Of a stretch of DNA of 64,000 nt, positions 38,201-46,130 are shown one piece after another. Both the position numbers and the translations under genes were made by a program. The DNA is from Vulcanimicrobiota bacterium (lineage in GTDB: Bacteria; Vulcanimicrobiota; Vulcanimicrobiia; Eremiobacterales; Eremiobacteraceae): assembly GCA_963812135.1 (NCBI GenBank), contig CAWETU010000001.1:1312001-1376000 (forward strand), written 5' to 3'. The notes under the pieces were generated by a model. It worked only from the letters and a program-made list of their open reading frames with translations, made no database searches and had not been told where the DNA came from. Each line of letters begins with the position of its first letter. Within the stretch, counting starts at the first letter, position 1.

Positions 38201-39274
38201 CGCGATCGACCGCGGCGAACCCAGCTGGACGGCCAGATCAGCCGAACCGATGTCGATCCCGAGCTCGAGCGACGCGGTGGCGACGACCGCCTTCAATTCG
38301 CCGTGTTTGAGCCTGCGCTCGGTGTCGAGCCGGATGTGCCGGGCCAGACTGCCGTGATGGGGCATGACCGAGCCTTCGCCGAGGCGCGCCGAGAGGTTGT
38401 GCGCCACGCGTTCGGAGAGCCGGCGCGTGCTCACGAAGATCAGCGTCGTGCGATGCTCTTTGATGAGTTGGGCGAGGCGGTCGTAGATCTCGCCCCACAT
38501 CTCGGTACTGGCGACAGGGCCGAGCTCGTCCTGCGGCACTTCCACGCTCAAATCCATCTCGCGTCGATGGCCGATGTCGACCGATCGTGCGGACGGGCTG
38601 AGAAAACGCGCGACCTCCTCGATCGGCTTGACGGTCGCAGAGAGCCCGATGCGCTGCGGTCTGCGACCGCCGCGCTCGGTCACGAGCCGGTCGAGGCGCG
38701 CCAGCGACAACGCCAGATGCGGCCCGCGCTTGTTGGCGATGATGGCATGGATCTCGTCGACGATGACAGTCGAGACGTTGCGCAGCGCTTCGCGCGAGCG
38801 CTGCGCCGTCAAGAGGATGTACAGCGATTCGGGGGTCGTGACCAGGATGTGCGGCGCCTTTGCCAGCATGCGCGCGCGATCGCGTGCGCTCGTGTCGCCG
38901 GTCCGCAACGCGACGCGGATCGGATCGAGCTCGACGCCGCGCGTCGCGGCCAACTCGGTGATCTCCGCGAGCGGGAGCTCAAGATTTGCATGCACGTCAT
39001 TGACGAGCGCTTTGAGCGGCGAGACGTACAGGATCTGGGTCTGGTCCGGCAGCGAGGCTCGGGCCACGCGCAGCAGGCGGTCGACCGCGACGAGGAACGC
39101 CGCAAGGGTCTTGCCCGAACCGGTCGGCGCCGATATCAGCACGTCTTGGCCAGACTGGATGAGCGGCCAGCCCGCGATCTGGGGCGCCGTTGGGCTCGCG
39201 AACCTGTCCTGGAACCATTCTTCGACGAGCGGGTCAAAGTCGATGGCTGTGCGATTGAGGGGCTCGAGAAGCAT
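35246..39274 (-). CDS. lhr: Lhr-family ATP-dependent helicase
   Basis: APTGSGKT, DEIH, GLSAT, SLELGIDIG, QRIGRSGH, long C-terminal region. Confidence 0.95.
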   Translation of the reverse strand: MLLEPLNRTAIDFDPLVEEWFQDRFASPTAPQIAGWPLIQSGQDVLISAPTGSGKTLAAFLVAVDRLLRVARASLPDQTQILYVSPLKALVNDVHANLELPLAEITELAATRGVELDPIRVALRTGDTSARDRARMLAKAPHILVTTPESLYILLTAQRSREALRNVSTVIVDEIHAIIANKRGPHLALSLARLDRLVTERGGRRPQRIGLSATVKPIEEVARFLSPSARSVDIGHRREMDLSVEVPQDELGPVASTEMWGEIYDRLAQLIKEHRTTLIFVSTRRLSERVAHNLSARLGEGSVMPHHGSLARHIRLDTERRLKHGELKAVVATASLELGIDIGSADLAVQLGSPRSIATALQRIGRSGHWVGARPKGILIANTRDDLLECIAVVKAIRTGAMDRLEPAEKPLDILAQQIVAACAADDWLEDDLYALIRAAHPYRDLARRDFDAVVEMLSEGIATSRGRSGALLHRDRINGRVRGRRGARLAAITSGGAIADTTTYAVVAEPDGTVVGSVDEDFAVESLAGDIFLLGMNSWRIRRVEQGRVRVDDAHGAPPTIPFWRGEAPGRTRELSQEVSRLRERIGQIVDAEGEAAAQEYLRRESGVDRLGAEQAVQYIKEGRAVLGAIPTCETVVAERFFDESGGMQLVIHAPFGARINRAWGLALRKRFCRSFNLELQAAATDNGIVISLSDQHAFPLASVFGFLKEASVEDVLVQAMLPSPMFTARWRWDAQRFLALLRFRGGRKVPANIQRMRADDLLAAVFPDQAACPENLDGAPVRIPDHPLVNEVIADCLHEAMDLDGLKDVLRGMREGSIRTVAIDTAEPSKFSHEILNANPFAYLDDAPLEERRARAVQLRNTLRSDVAAGAGVLDPEAIRAVEAESWPVVRSADELHDALLTLIQLPVAEADGWLPYFEELRAANRATAEIVDGHHFWVPAEKLDVFGAAHGRSDAADGAETAAADIVRGWMESIGPITAAELAQRLALPEPAIEAALLALETQGQVLRGSFDPGVEAQWCNRRVLARIHGRTLATLRREIEPVSTARYERFLAQWQHLAPGTQLHGVDGTLQIIKQLQGLEFPASAWESDVLRSRVARYKPEYLDCLCASGEVMWGRLSPHPAFDSAPAQRGRRVRPTRVAPVSLFLRQDAGWLLARAANARGHASDASLSAAAIDVRGAIERHGASFFSDLVSATGRLPSEIEDGLWELVAAGLVTADGFDNLRALIDPKRRLALGRHNMSRPRNAIGRWALLRPVVRTETDLEAYAHQLLARWGIVFRDVVQRETHAPPWRDLLMALRRLELQGVVRGGRFVASYIGEQFCRPDALEFLRAIRDEAA

Positions 39275-39357
39275 TGTCCGGCCTCGATTCTGCAGGCCCG
39301 CCTGTACTTCCGTCTGGCCGGGCAAGTGGCGCCCGCGAAGCCGTCGAAGCGCGGCGC

Positions 39358-39960
39358 ATGACGGACGGCTTCACGATCAACAAGGCGCGCTTCGAAGCGT
39401 TCTCCGACGGCGTCTTCGCCATCGCCATCACGCTGCTCGTGCTGGAGTTCCACCTGCCGTCATTCGCCGGGCAGCCGTCGCTCGCGGAACAAGCACACGC
39501 CCTATTCTCGATCTGGCCGCAGTACGTCGTCTATGCCGTCACCTTCCTGACGATCGGCATCATGTGGCTCAACCACAACGCGCAATTCCGCCACATCGAG
39601 CGGATAACGTACGGCATTTTGCTCGCCAATATCTTACTGCTGTTGTTCATCGCGTTTTTGCCGTTCCCGACGGAAGTGCTCGCTCGCTTCGGCATCACCG
39701 GCGTCTCGGTCGTGTACTACGGTCTCACCTTGAGCCTCATCTCACTCGCCTATAACATCGTCTACTGGCAGATCCTCGCGGCGCATCCAACGATCCCGCG
39801 CCGACCATTGGCCTGGAGCATCGTCGGGTTGTCGGCGTATCCGATCGCGACGGTCGTCGGATTTTTCTTCCCCTTCGCTGGCGTAGCACTCTTCACGTTG
39901 CTCGCCATTTTCTACACGCTGCCTGTCAACATGACAAGCGTCGCGCTGCGGCCCGAGTAG
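39358..39960 (+). CDS. TMEM175-family potassium channel
   Basis: RFEAFSDGVFAIAITLLVL, WLNH, FLPFPT. Confidence 0.92.
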   Translation: MTDGFTINKARFEAFSDGVFAIAITLLVLEFHLPSFAGQPSLAEQAHALFSIWPQYVVYAVTFLTIGIMWLNHNAQFRHIERITYGILLANILLLLFIAFLPFPTEVLARFGITGVSVVYYGLTLSLISLAYNIVYWQILAAHPTIPRRPLAWSIVGLSAYPIATVVGFFFPFAGVALFTLLAIFYTLPVNMTSVALRPE

Positions 39961-39966
39961 CGGCCG

Positions 39967-41589
39967 ATGGTCCCCATCCTCCCCATCCTCGCCGTCTTCG
40001 CGCTCATCCTCTTGCTGGTGCCGCTTTCGAAGCGCATCGGCGTGGCGTACCCGATCGTCCTGTTGCTGGGCGGCGTGGCGGTCGGCTACATCCCCGGTTT
40101 TCCGACGTTGACGATGCCGCCGGAGCTGGTGCTGGTCATCTTCTTGCCGCCTCTGCTCTATTGGGAAAGCGTGACCGCGCCGGCGAGCGAGTTCCGCAAC
40201 AGCGCGTGGTGGATCTTCCAGCTCGCGTTCGGCCTCGTGATCGTCACGACGGCGGTCGTCGCCGTGGTCACACACGCGCTCGTGCCGGCGATCGGCTGGG
40301 GCGCCGCGTTCGTATTCGGCGCGATCGTCTCGTCGACCGACGAAGTCGCCTTCGCGCCGATCATCGACCGCTTGCCGATCCCGCGCCACGTGGTGGCGAC
40401 GATCGAGGGCGAGAGCTTGGTCAACGACGCGACCTCGCTCGTGCTCTATGGAGTGGCAGTCGCGGCGGTAGTCACGGGGACGTTCTCGCTCGGGCACACC
40501 GCAGTAGCGCTCGTGCTCTCGGTGGCAGGCGGCATCGCATTGGGCGTCGCCGCAGGGTGCGTCGCCGTGCTCGCGTGGCGGTTCACCGACGATCCGGCGC
40601 TGCAGGCGCTCATCTCGATCTCGGCGCCGTATCTCGCGTATATCCCCGCGCAGTACGTCGGCGCATCCGGCGTTCTCGCCGTCGTCGTCACCGGTCTCTT
40701 CGTGCAGCGCTATACGCCGCGCGTGCTCACGCCCGCTGCGCGCGAGCGCGCGACCGGGTTTTGGGTCACGGTGGTGTTCGTCGCCAACTCCGTGATCTTC
40801 GTGCTCGTCGGCATGCAGTTCCACGCCATCGCGAGTAGCCTCACTGGGTACTCTCCGGTCACGCTCATCGGCTACGCTCTCGCGATTTCCGCGACCGTCA
40901 TCGTGTTGCGCCTCGCGTGGGTGTTCGCCCAGGCGCTCCTGCCGGTCACCAACGAGCCCGAGCATGTGGAAGGCAAGGCGGACTGGTCGCACGTCGCGCT
41001 GCTGGCGTGGTCTGGCATGCGAGGAGGCGTGACCATCGCGGCCGCCCTCGCTATCCCATTCACCGCCGCGGCCGGGCCTTTTCCGGGACGGAACCTCATC
41101 ATCTTCTTGACGTTTTGCGTCTTGCTCGCCACGTTGGTCGGCCAGGGCGGCACCATCCCATGGCTCATCCAATGGCTGCATATAAAGGAAGATGATGTCG
41201 ATCAACGTGAGGAGCGGCTCGCGTTTGGCGAGATGGCGCGCGCGGCGCTGGAACGGCTTGATGAGTTGGAGAAGAAGGGCGAGGTTCCTCAGTCGGTGAT
41301 CGACTTGCTGCGCAGGCGCTTTCAGGTCCGCGAACTCGAATTCGCCGAGGAGGTGGGTACCAAAGGCCGCAGGGTGGCGCGCCTGAGCGAACTCTATCGC
41401 AAGGCCGTCACGGCGGCGACCGACGCGCAACGTCAAGCGCTCATCGAGCTGCGGGATGAGGGTAAGATCGACAACACCGTGCTGCGCAGGCTGCAGCGGC
41501 TGCTCGACCTCGAAAGCGAGGAGATCCAGCTGCTCGGAACCACCGCGGGCCACAGCGACATCGAGTCTCCGGAGGATCACGGCACGTGA
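39967..41589 (+). CDS. CPA1 Na+/H+ antiporter
   Basis: IFLPPLLY, IEGESLVNDA, WSGMRGGVT, TLVGQG. Confidence 0.93.
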   Translation: MVPILPILAVFALILLLVPLSKRIGVAYPIVLLLGGVAVGYIPGFPTLTMPPELVLVIFLPPLLYWESVTAPASEFRNSAWWIFQLAFGLVIVTTAVVAVVTHALVPAIGWGAAFVFGAIVSSTDEVAFAPIIDRLPIPRHVVATIEGESLVNDATSLVLYGVAVAAVVTGTFSLGHTAVALVLSVAGGIALGVAAGCVAVLAWRFTDDPALQALISISAPYLAYIPAQYVGASGVLAVVVTGLFVQRYTPRVLTPAARERATGFWVTVVFVANSVIFVLVGMQFHAIASSLTGYSPVTLIGYALAISATVIVLRLAWVFAQALLPVTNEPEHVEGKADWSHVALLAWSGMRGGVTIAAALAIPFTAAAGPFPGRNLIIFLTFCVLLATLVGQGGTIPWLIQWLHIKEDDVDQREERLAFGEMARAALERLDELEKKGEVPQSVIDLLRRRFQVRELEFAEEVGTKGRRVARLSELYRKAVTAATDAQRQALIELRDEGKIDNTVLRRLQRLLDLESEEIQLLGTTAGHSDIESPEDHGT

Positions 41590-41639
41590 CAGGAACCAAC
41601 AGATACGAGCATGCGTTTCCGGTACGAGGGAGGCCGGCC

Positions 41640-42308
41640 ATGACTCGTCAGATCGCTCTCGCACTTGCAATGGCGCTCGCAGTCGTCGGCACTCATGCCG
41701 CGCCAGCGGCCGCTGCGTACGATTTCTACATCCGCATACAGGGACCGAAGCCGACGAAGACGACGTCAGCGGTTGTGCCGAAGCACGTCGCGGTCATCGC
41801 GTTTGAATTCTCCGTTGTGTCGCCACGCGATCCGGCCTCGGGTCAAACAACCGGGAAGCGGCAATGGGGCTCGATCACCATCGTGCGCGAAGCGCCGACC
41901 TCCGCGGCACTAGCGCTCGCCAACGCCGCGGTCATTCCGCCAACGTCGCCAAGTCCAGGCGTCAACGCCGGCATGGTGCACGAAATCGTGACCGTCGGCT
42001 GCGACGGGCTCGACGTCCAGGCGGACTACGGGCAGGGCGCGGTGCGCGGCGTGCTCGCTGCCCAAAGCGTCGATGGGGTGTGCATTTTCGGGGTTTCGAT
42101 GCCGTCGCAGTCGGCAAACGCGATCGTGCGGGTCGGGCTCACGAACACGCCGCCGGGCTGGTCCTTCAACAGCCCGCCGCAATCGAAGTGCGTGCATTCC
42201 GGCGAGACGCTTGACGGGACGCTCGGGGCTTCGCCTGCCATCTTCAGCTTCCAATGGGAAGCGGCGCGTTCCGGCGCTCTGCCACCCGGTCCTTGCGGCA
42301 AGCCGTAA
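41640..42308 (+). CDS. Secreted protein with Hcp-like N-terminal half and Cys-containing C-domain
   Basis: Signal peptide; FYIRIQGPK, FEFSVVSPRDPASGQTTGKRQWGSITIVRE. Confidence 0.62.
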   Translation: MTRQIALALAMALAVVGTHAAPAAAAYDFYIRIQGPKPTKTTSAVVPKHVAVIAFEFSVVSPRDPASGQTTGKRQWGSITIVREAPTSAALALANAAVIPPTSPSPGVNAGMVHEIVTVGCDGLDVQADYGQGAVRGVLAAQSVDGVCIFGVSMPSQSANAIVRVGLTNTPPGWSFNSPPQSKCVHSGETLDGTLGASPAIFSFQWEAARSGALPPGPCGKP

Positions 42309-42311
42309 GCC

Positions 42312-43169
42312 ATGGACGCAATGAGCTATTGCTGGAGACCCGGCGCGCGCCAGAAACTGCGTAGCTTCCGTCCCGACGACACCGACGGCTACGAAGACAA
42401 GAACGCGGCGAAGCACAAGCTCAAAGCCGACATCAAGAAGCTTCGCAGCTTGCAAGACGTCCTGATCGCCGGCGCCGAGCACGGCATCCTCATCATCTTA
42501 CAGGGGATGGATACGGCCGGCAAAGACAGCGCCATCAAACACGTCATGTCCGGCGTCAATCCACAGGGCATCGACGTGCATAGCTTCAAGGCGCCGACGG
42601 ACGAGGAACGCCGTCACGACTACCTCTGGCGCTGCGCCAAGGTGCTGCCCGAACGCGGCCGCATAGGCATCTTCAACCGTTCCTATTTCGAGGAAACGCT
42701 CATCGTCCGAGTCCAGCCCGAACTGCTCGGGCCAAAGCTCGCGCGCAAGGCGAACGACTCGTTTTGGAAGCGCCGCTACCGCGATATCAACAACTTCGAG
42801 CGCTACCTCGTCGACAATAGGATCCATCTGCTCAAGTTCTACCTGCATCTCTCAAGAGAAGAGCAGGCGAGACGACTGCTCGCGCGGCTCGAACAGCCCG
42901 ACAAGCACTGGAAGTTCTCGCTGTCGGACCTGCAGCAGCGCGCGTTCTGGCCCAAATACGAAAAAGTCTACGAAGAGATGCTCAACGCGACGAGCACGCC
43001 GTGGGCGCCGTGGCACGTCGTGCCGGCCGATCATAAGTGGTTCGCGCATATCGTCATCGCCGACACGATCGTGCGCAAGCTGCGCTCCCTCAAGCTCGAA
43101 TACCCGGCGCTGCCGCCGCAGATGAAGAATGCGATCCGCGAGGCCAAGAAGCGTCTGGAGCGCGAGTGA
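42312..43169 (+). CDS. ppk2: Polyphosphate kinase 2 family (class III-like)
   Basis: QGMDTAGKD, HDYLWR, IFNRSYFE, PADHKW. Confidence 0.93.
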   Translation: MDAMSYCWRPGARQKLRSFRPDDTDGYEDKNAAKHKLKADIKKLRSLQDVLIAGAEHGILIILQGMDTAGKDSAIKHVMSGVNPQGIDVHSFKAPTDEERRHDYLWRCAKVLPERGRIGIFNRSYFEETLIVRVQPELLGPKLARKANDSFWKRRYRDINNFERYLVDNRIHLLKFYLHLSREEQARRLLARLEQPDKHWKFSLSDLQQRAFWPKYEKVYEEMLNATSTPWAPWHVVPADHKWFAHIVIADTIVRKLRSLKLEYPALPPQMKNAIREAKKRLERE

Positions 43170-44119
43170 AAGCGTTGCACCGTCCGCCGTCGCCGGAGAT
43201 CGCCCGTGCCGCCGCCGCGCGGATCGCGCCCTACGTCAAGCGGACCCCGGTCATCGAGAACGACGGCCTCATCTACAAGCTCGAATGCTTGCAGGTCACC
43301 GGGTCGTTCAAGCCGCGCGGCGCGTTCAACGCGGGGCTGCAGCTGGACGACGAGGCAAAGGCGCGTGGCCTCGTCGCGGTGAGCGGCGGCAATCATGGCG
43401 TGGCCGTGGCTCACGTCGGCAAGCGCCTCGGGATCCGAACAACCGTGTTGATGCCCAACACCACGCCGTCTTGGGTCGTCGAACGCGCGCGGAACGACGA
43501 CGCAGAAGTGCTGCTCTTCGAGTCGATCGCCGACGCATTCGTCGACATGGAACGGCGCACCGCCGCCGGCCAGACGCCGCTGCATCCCTTCGATGACGCG
43601 CGGGTCATGGCGGGCCAGGGCACGATCGGGCTCGAGATGCTCGAGGATATCCCCGACCTGGAGACGGTCGTCATCTCGATCGGCGGCGGCGGAATGATCG
43701 CGGGCATCGCGTCGGTCGTAAAGGCGGTGCGCCCGCAGGTCCGGGTGTACGGCGTGGAGACGATCGGCGCCGACGCGATGCGCAAGGCGCTCGACGCGGG
43801 TCATCCGGTCGCGCTCGAACGCATCGCGTCGATCGCCCGGACGCTTGGCGCTCCGATCGTCAGCGAGTCGACGCTCGCCGCCACTCGGGCGCTGGTCGAC
43901 GACGTCGTGGTCGTCACGGACGCGGAAGCCGTCCGCTCGATCGTCGAGTTGCAGTCCGCCTTGAACCTCACGGTCGAGCCGGCCTCGGCGTGCTGCCACG
44001 CCGCGCTTCGTCTTGGGCTGGTGCCGCGCAGCTCGAAGGGCGCGACCGCTATCGTCTTGTGCGGCAGCAACATCGGACTTGACGAGCTCGAGCAATGGCG
44101 GCGCAGGTTCGGCGTATGA
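43166..44119 (+). CDS. PLP-dependent threonine/serine dehydratase
   Basis: KLECLQVTGSFKPRG, SGGNHG, GGGGM, CGSN. Confidence 0.9.
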   Translation: MKALHRPPSPEIARAAAARIAPYVKRTPVIENDGLIYKLECLQVTGSFKPRGAFNAGLQLDDEAKARGLVAVSGGNHGVAVAHVGKRLGIRTTVLMPNTTPSWVVERARNDDAEVLLFESIADAFVDMERRTAAGQTPLHPFDDARVMAGQGTIGLEMLEDIPDLETVVISIGGGGMIAGIASVVKAVRPQVRVYGVETIGADAMRKALDAGHPVALERIASIARTLGAPIVSESTLAATRALVDDVVVVTDAEAVRSIVELQSALNLTVEPASACCHAALRLGLVPRSSKGATAIVLCGSNIGLDELEQWRRRFGV

Positions 44120-44135
44120 TTCGCGCACGGGGCGC

Positions 44136-44768
44136 ATGAAGGTCATCGCGGTCGCGTTCGGCGCGGCGTTCGCGATGCTTGCGGCCTCTCCGACGCCGAC
44201 GCCGACACCCGCTCAGGTGAGGACCATCACGCTCACGCCGGTGGAACTGGCGAGCGCGTCCGCCAAAGAGTGCGCGGGTCCGCTGGCAGCGCCGTACGCG
44301 CATCTATCCGGCACGATCTTCGTCGGTGTGGTGATCCGCGGCCAGACCACATGCCCTGCGTATCAGGGCTTGGTGCGGTTCGATCTCGATGGGCTTGACG
44401 CGGCCTCGATCGCCAGTGCGAAGCTGTTCTACGAGTCAAAACAGAACTATAAGGCAGACGGCAGCACGGAACGAGGTCGCGCGTTGTGCGTCGGCGCGAT
44501 CGGCACGACCGCGGCATCGTGGACGTCCGACGAGAAGCCGATCAGTCCTCCGTTGGAGATGAAGGACCTATTTCGGCCTGCGCGCGGCCCGTTCAAAGCA
44601 CCTCCGTTGGACGTGACGGCGTTCTTGCGCGCTCACCTCGACGACGTCAAGGCCAACGGGATCGTGCTAAACGGAGCGCTCGAGGATCCGACCGCGCGCC
44701 GGTGCCTCGCGGCGGTCGGTCAGATCGAACTGCGCCTCGGGATAAGCGCCGCGCCGGAAACGCGATAA
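44136..44768 (+). CDS. Secreted hypothetical protein
   Basis: Signal peptide, PTPTPTP linker, GLVRFDL..IASAKL. Confidence 0.62.
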   Translation: MKVIAVAFGAAFAMLAASPTPTPTPAQVRTITLTPVELASASAKECAGPLAAPYAHLSGTIFVGVVIRGQTTCPAYQGLVRFDLDGLDAASIASAKLFYESKQNYKADGSTERGRALCVGAIGTTAASWTSDEKPISPPLEMKDLFRPARGPFKAPPLDVTAFLRAHLDDVKANGIVLNGALEDPTARRCLAAVGQIELRLGISAAPETR

Positions 44769-44776
44769 ACTGAGTA

Positions 44777-44810
44777 CGAAAAGCACCCGAGCGCGCTCGG
44801 GTGCTTTTCG
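44777..44810. terminator. Bidirectional terminator
   Basis: cgaaaagcacccgagc-gc-gctcgggtgcttttcg between convergent genes. Confidence 0.85.
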
Positions 44811-44847
44811 TTGCGCTCCGCGGAGCGGTCTTAGGTCGTCGGGCTGT

Positions 44848-45111
44848 TCACGCTGCGACGCGCCGGCCCGTGACCGCTCTAATGATGAGCAACAATACGA
44901 CGCCGCCGACGAACGCCACGACGATGCTCCAGATGTTCAACCCTGTGGCGCCGATGTGGCCGAAGTAGTTGAACAGCCAGCCGCCGAGTATGGCGCCGAT
45001 GACGCCGACGATCAAATCGCCGAGCACGCCGCCAGGGCCCTCGCCCGGCACAACCGATTTAGCGAGGAAGCCGGCGATGATGCCGACGACGATCCAAGCA
45101 ATGATATCCAT
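44848..45111 (-). CDS. GlsB/YeaQ/YmgE stress membrane protein
   Basis: IIAWIVVGIIAGFLA, GVIGAILGG, AFVGGVVLL. Confidence 0.92.
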   Translation of the reverse strand: MDIIAWIVVGIIAGFLAKSVVPGEGPGGVLGDLIVGVIGAILGGWLFNYFGHIGATGLNIWSIVVAFVGGVVLLLIIRAVTGRRVAA

Positions 45112-45388
45112 AGTGGTTTCAGCTCCTCTTTTTCACAACTGCGAATGATGGGTATGTTGTCTCCGTGAAAGACCTCATCAAAACCACGTCCAATCCGAGG
45201 CATAACAGGCGTTTTGGAGCCTGCGCGGGACAGCGATTGGAGGTATGAAGCGCAATTAAGCAAGTAAGATAGATTGATTGACTGCAAAATAGAGACTTTG
45301 CACCTCCCGCGTCGAACACCACAGGTTGAAATACCGTAAGGATGCTAGGGTCACGGACAATAGAATAAATTCGGGGGGTCGTTTTTTT

Positions 45389-45679
45389 ATGGTTGAGAAG
45401 GACGGGCGAATCTATCTTCGTCGCGTCTCGATGAATTTACCGGAGCCCCTGTTGATCGATGTCCAAGAGCTCGCGTTGAAGTTGCGCCGCAGTGGCACTC
45501 AGGTCTCGCTGTCAGCGCTCGTCGAAGTCGCACTCAAAGAACTTGTCGCTCGAGACAACGTCGTGGCCACCGTGCGCAAACACGGTGCAAGCGCACGGCG
45601 AAACGTGAGCGGTCTTAACGGGGCCGCCACCGATCGGAAGGCCATGACCAAAGTCCGCGTCGACGGTAAGGCCAGCTAA
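45389..45679 (+). CDS. Small ribbon-helix-helix-like protein
   Basis: RRVSMNLPEPL...SLSALVEVALKE. Confidence 0.55.
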   Translation: MVEKDGRIYLRRVSMNLPEPLLIDVQELALKLRRSGTQVSLSALVEVALKELVARDNVVATVRKHGASARRNVSGLNGAATDRKAMTKVRVDGKAS

Positions 45680-45777
45680 GGCCGACCTAGTCGAGCGCGG
45701 ACTCAAATGCCGCGACGGCGGATCACCGCTGTCTGGTCTGCAGCCGCTGTCCTTTCACGATTTGACTCCGAGCACCA

Positions 45778-46032
45778 TCACTTCTCAAGCTTGTCGCGCA
45801 GTTCGCGCTTCGTCTTGTCGGCCTCAGCTGCGACCTTGTGGCCGGCCTCTTTGATGACCGAGCCCGCTTTTTCGGTCGTCGTCATCGCGTCACCGGCGAT
45901 CGCGCGCTTGGCCTCCTCGGCGCCCGCTGCGACGCGGTGTTCGAGTTCTTGGGCCGCGTCTTTGACGTCGGCCTCGGCGTGTTGCAGTTTGTCGGTCGCC
46001 CGTTTTTCGGCTTCGGTGCGTTGTGTGTCCAT
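45778..46032 (-). CDS. Small hydrophilic stress protein (CsbD/LEA-like)
   Basis: AGGAGG RBS; A/E/K-rich amphipathic helices. Confidence 0.7.
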   Translation of the reverse strand: MDTQRTEAEKRATDKLQHAEADVKDAAQELEHRVAAGAEEAKRAIAGDAMTTTEKAGSVIKEAGHKVAAEADKTKRELRDKLEK

Positions 46033-46130
46033 GAGTACCTCCTGGTTTCCAGTGCACGTGCCGTATCCCCACGCGCCCAAGGGGGCAAACCTGGGTATAG
46101 TACCTTAGGCAAAGGGATATCTAAAGCGAC

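Noticed and set aside
36416..39361. 981-aa plus-strand ORF and other long antisense ORFs (e.g. 20024-21601, 39742-41670)
   Set aside because: Shadow frames of clear genes in GC-rich DNA, with no motifs
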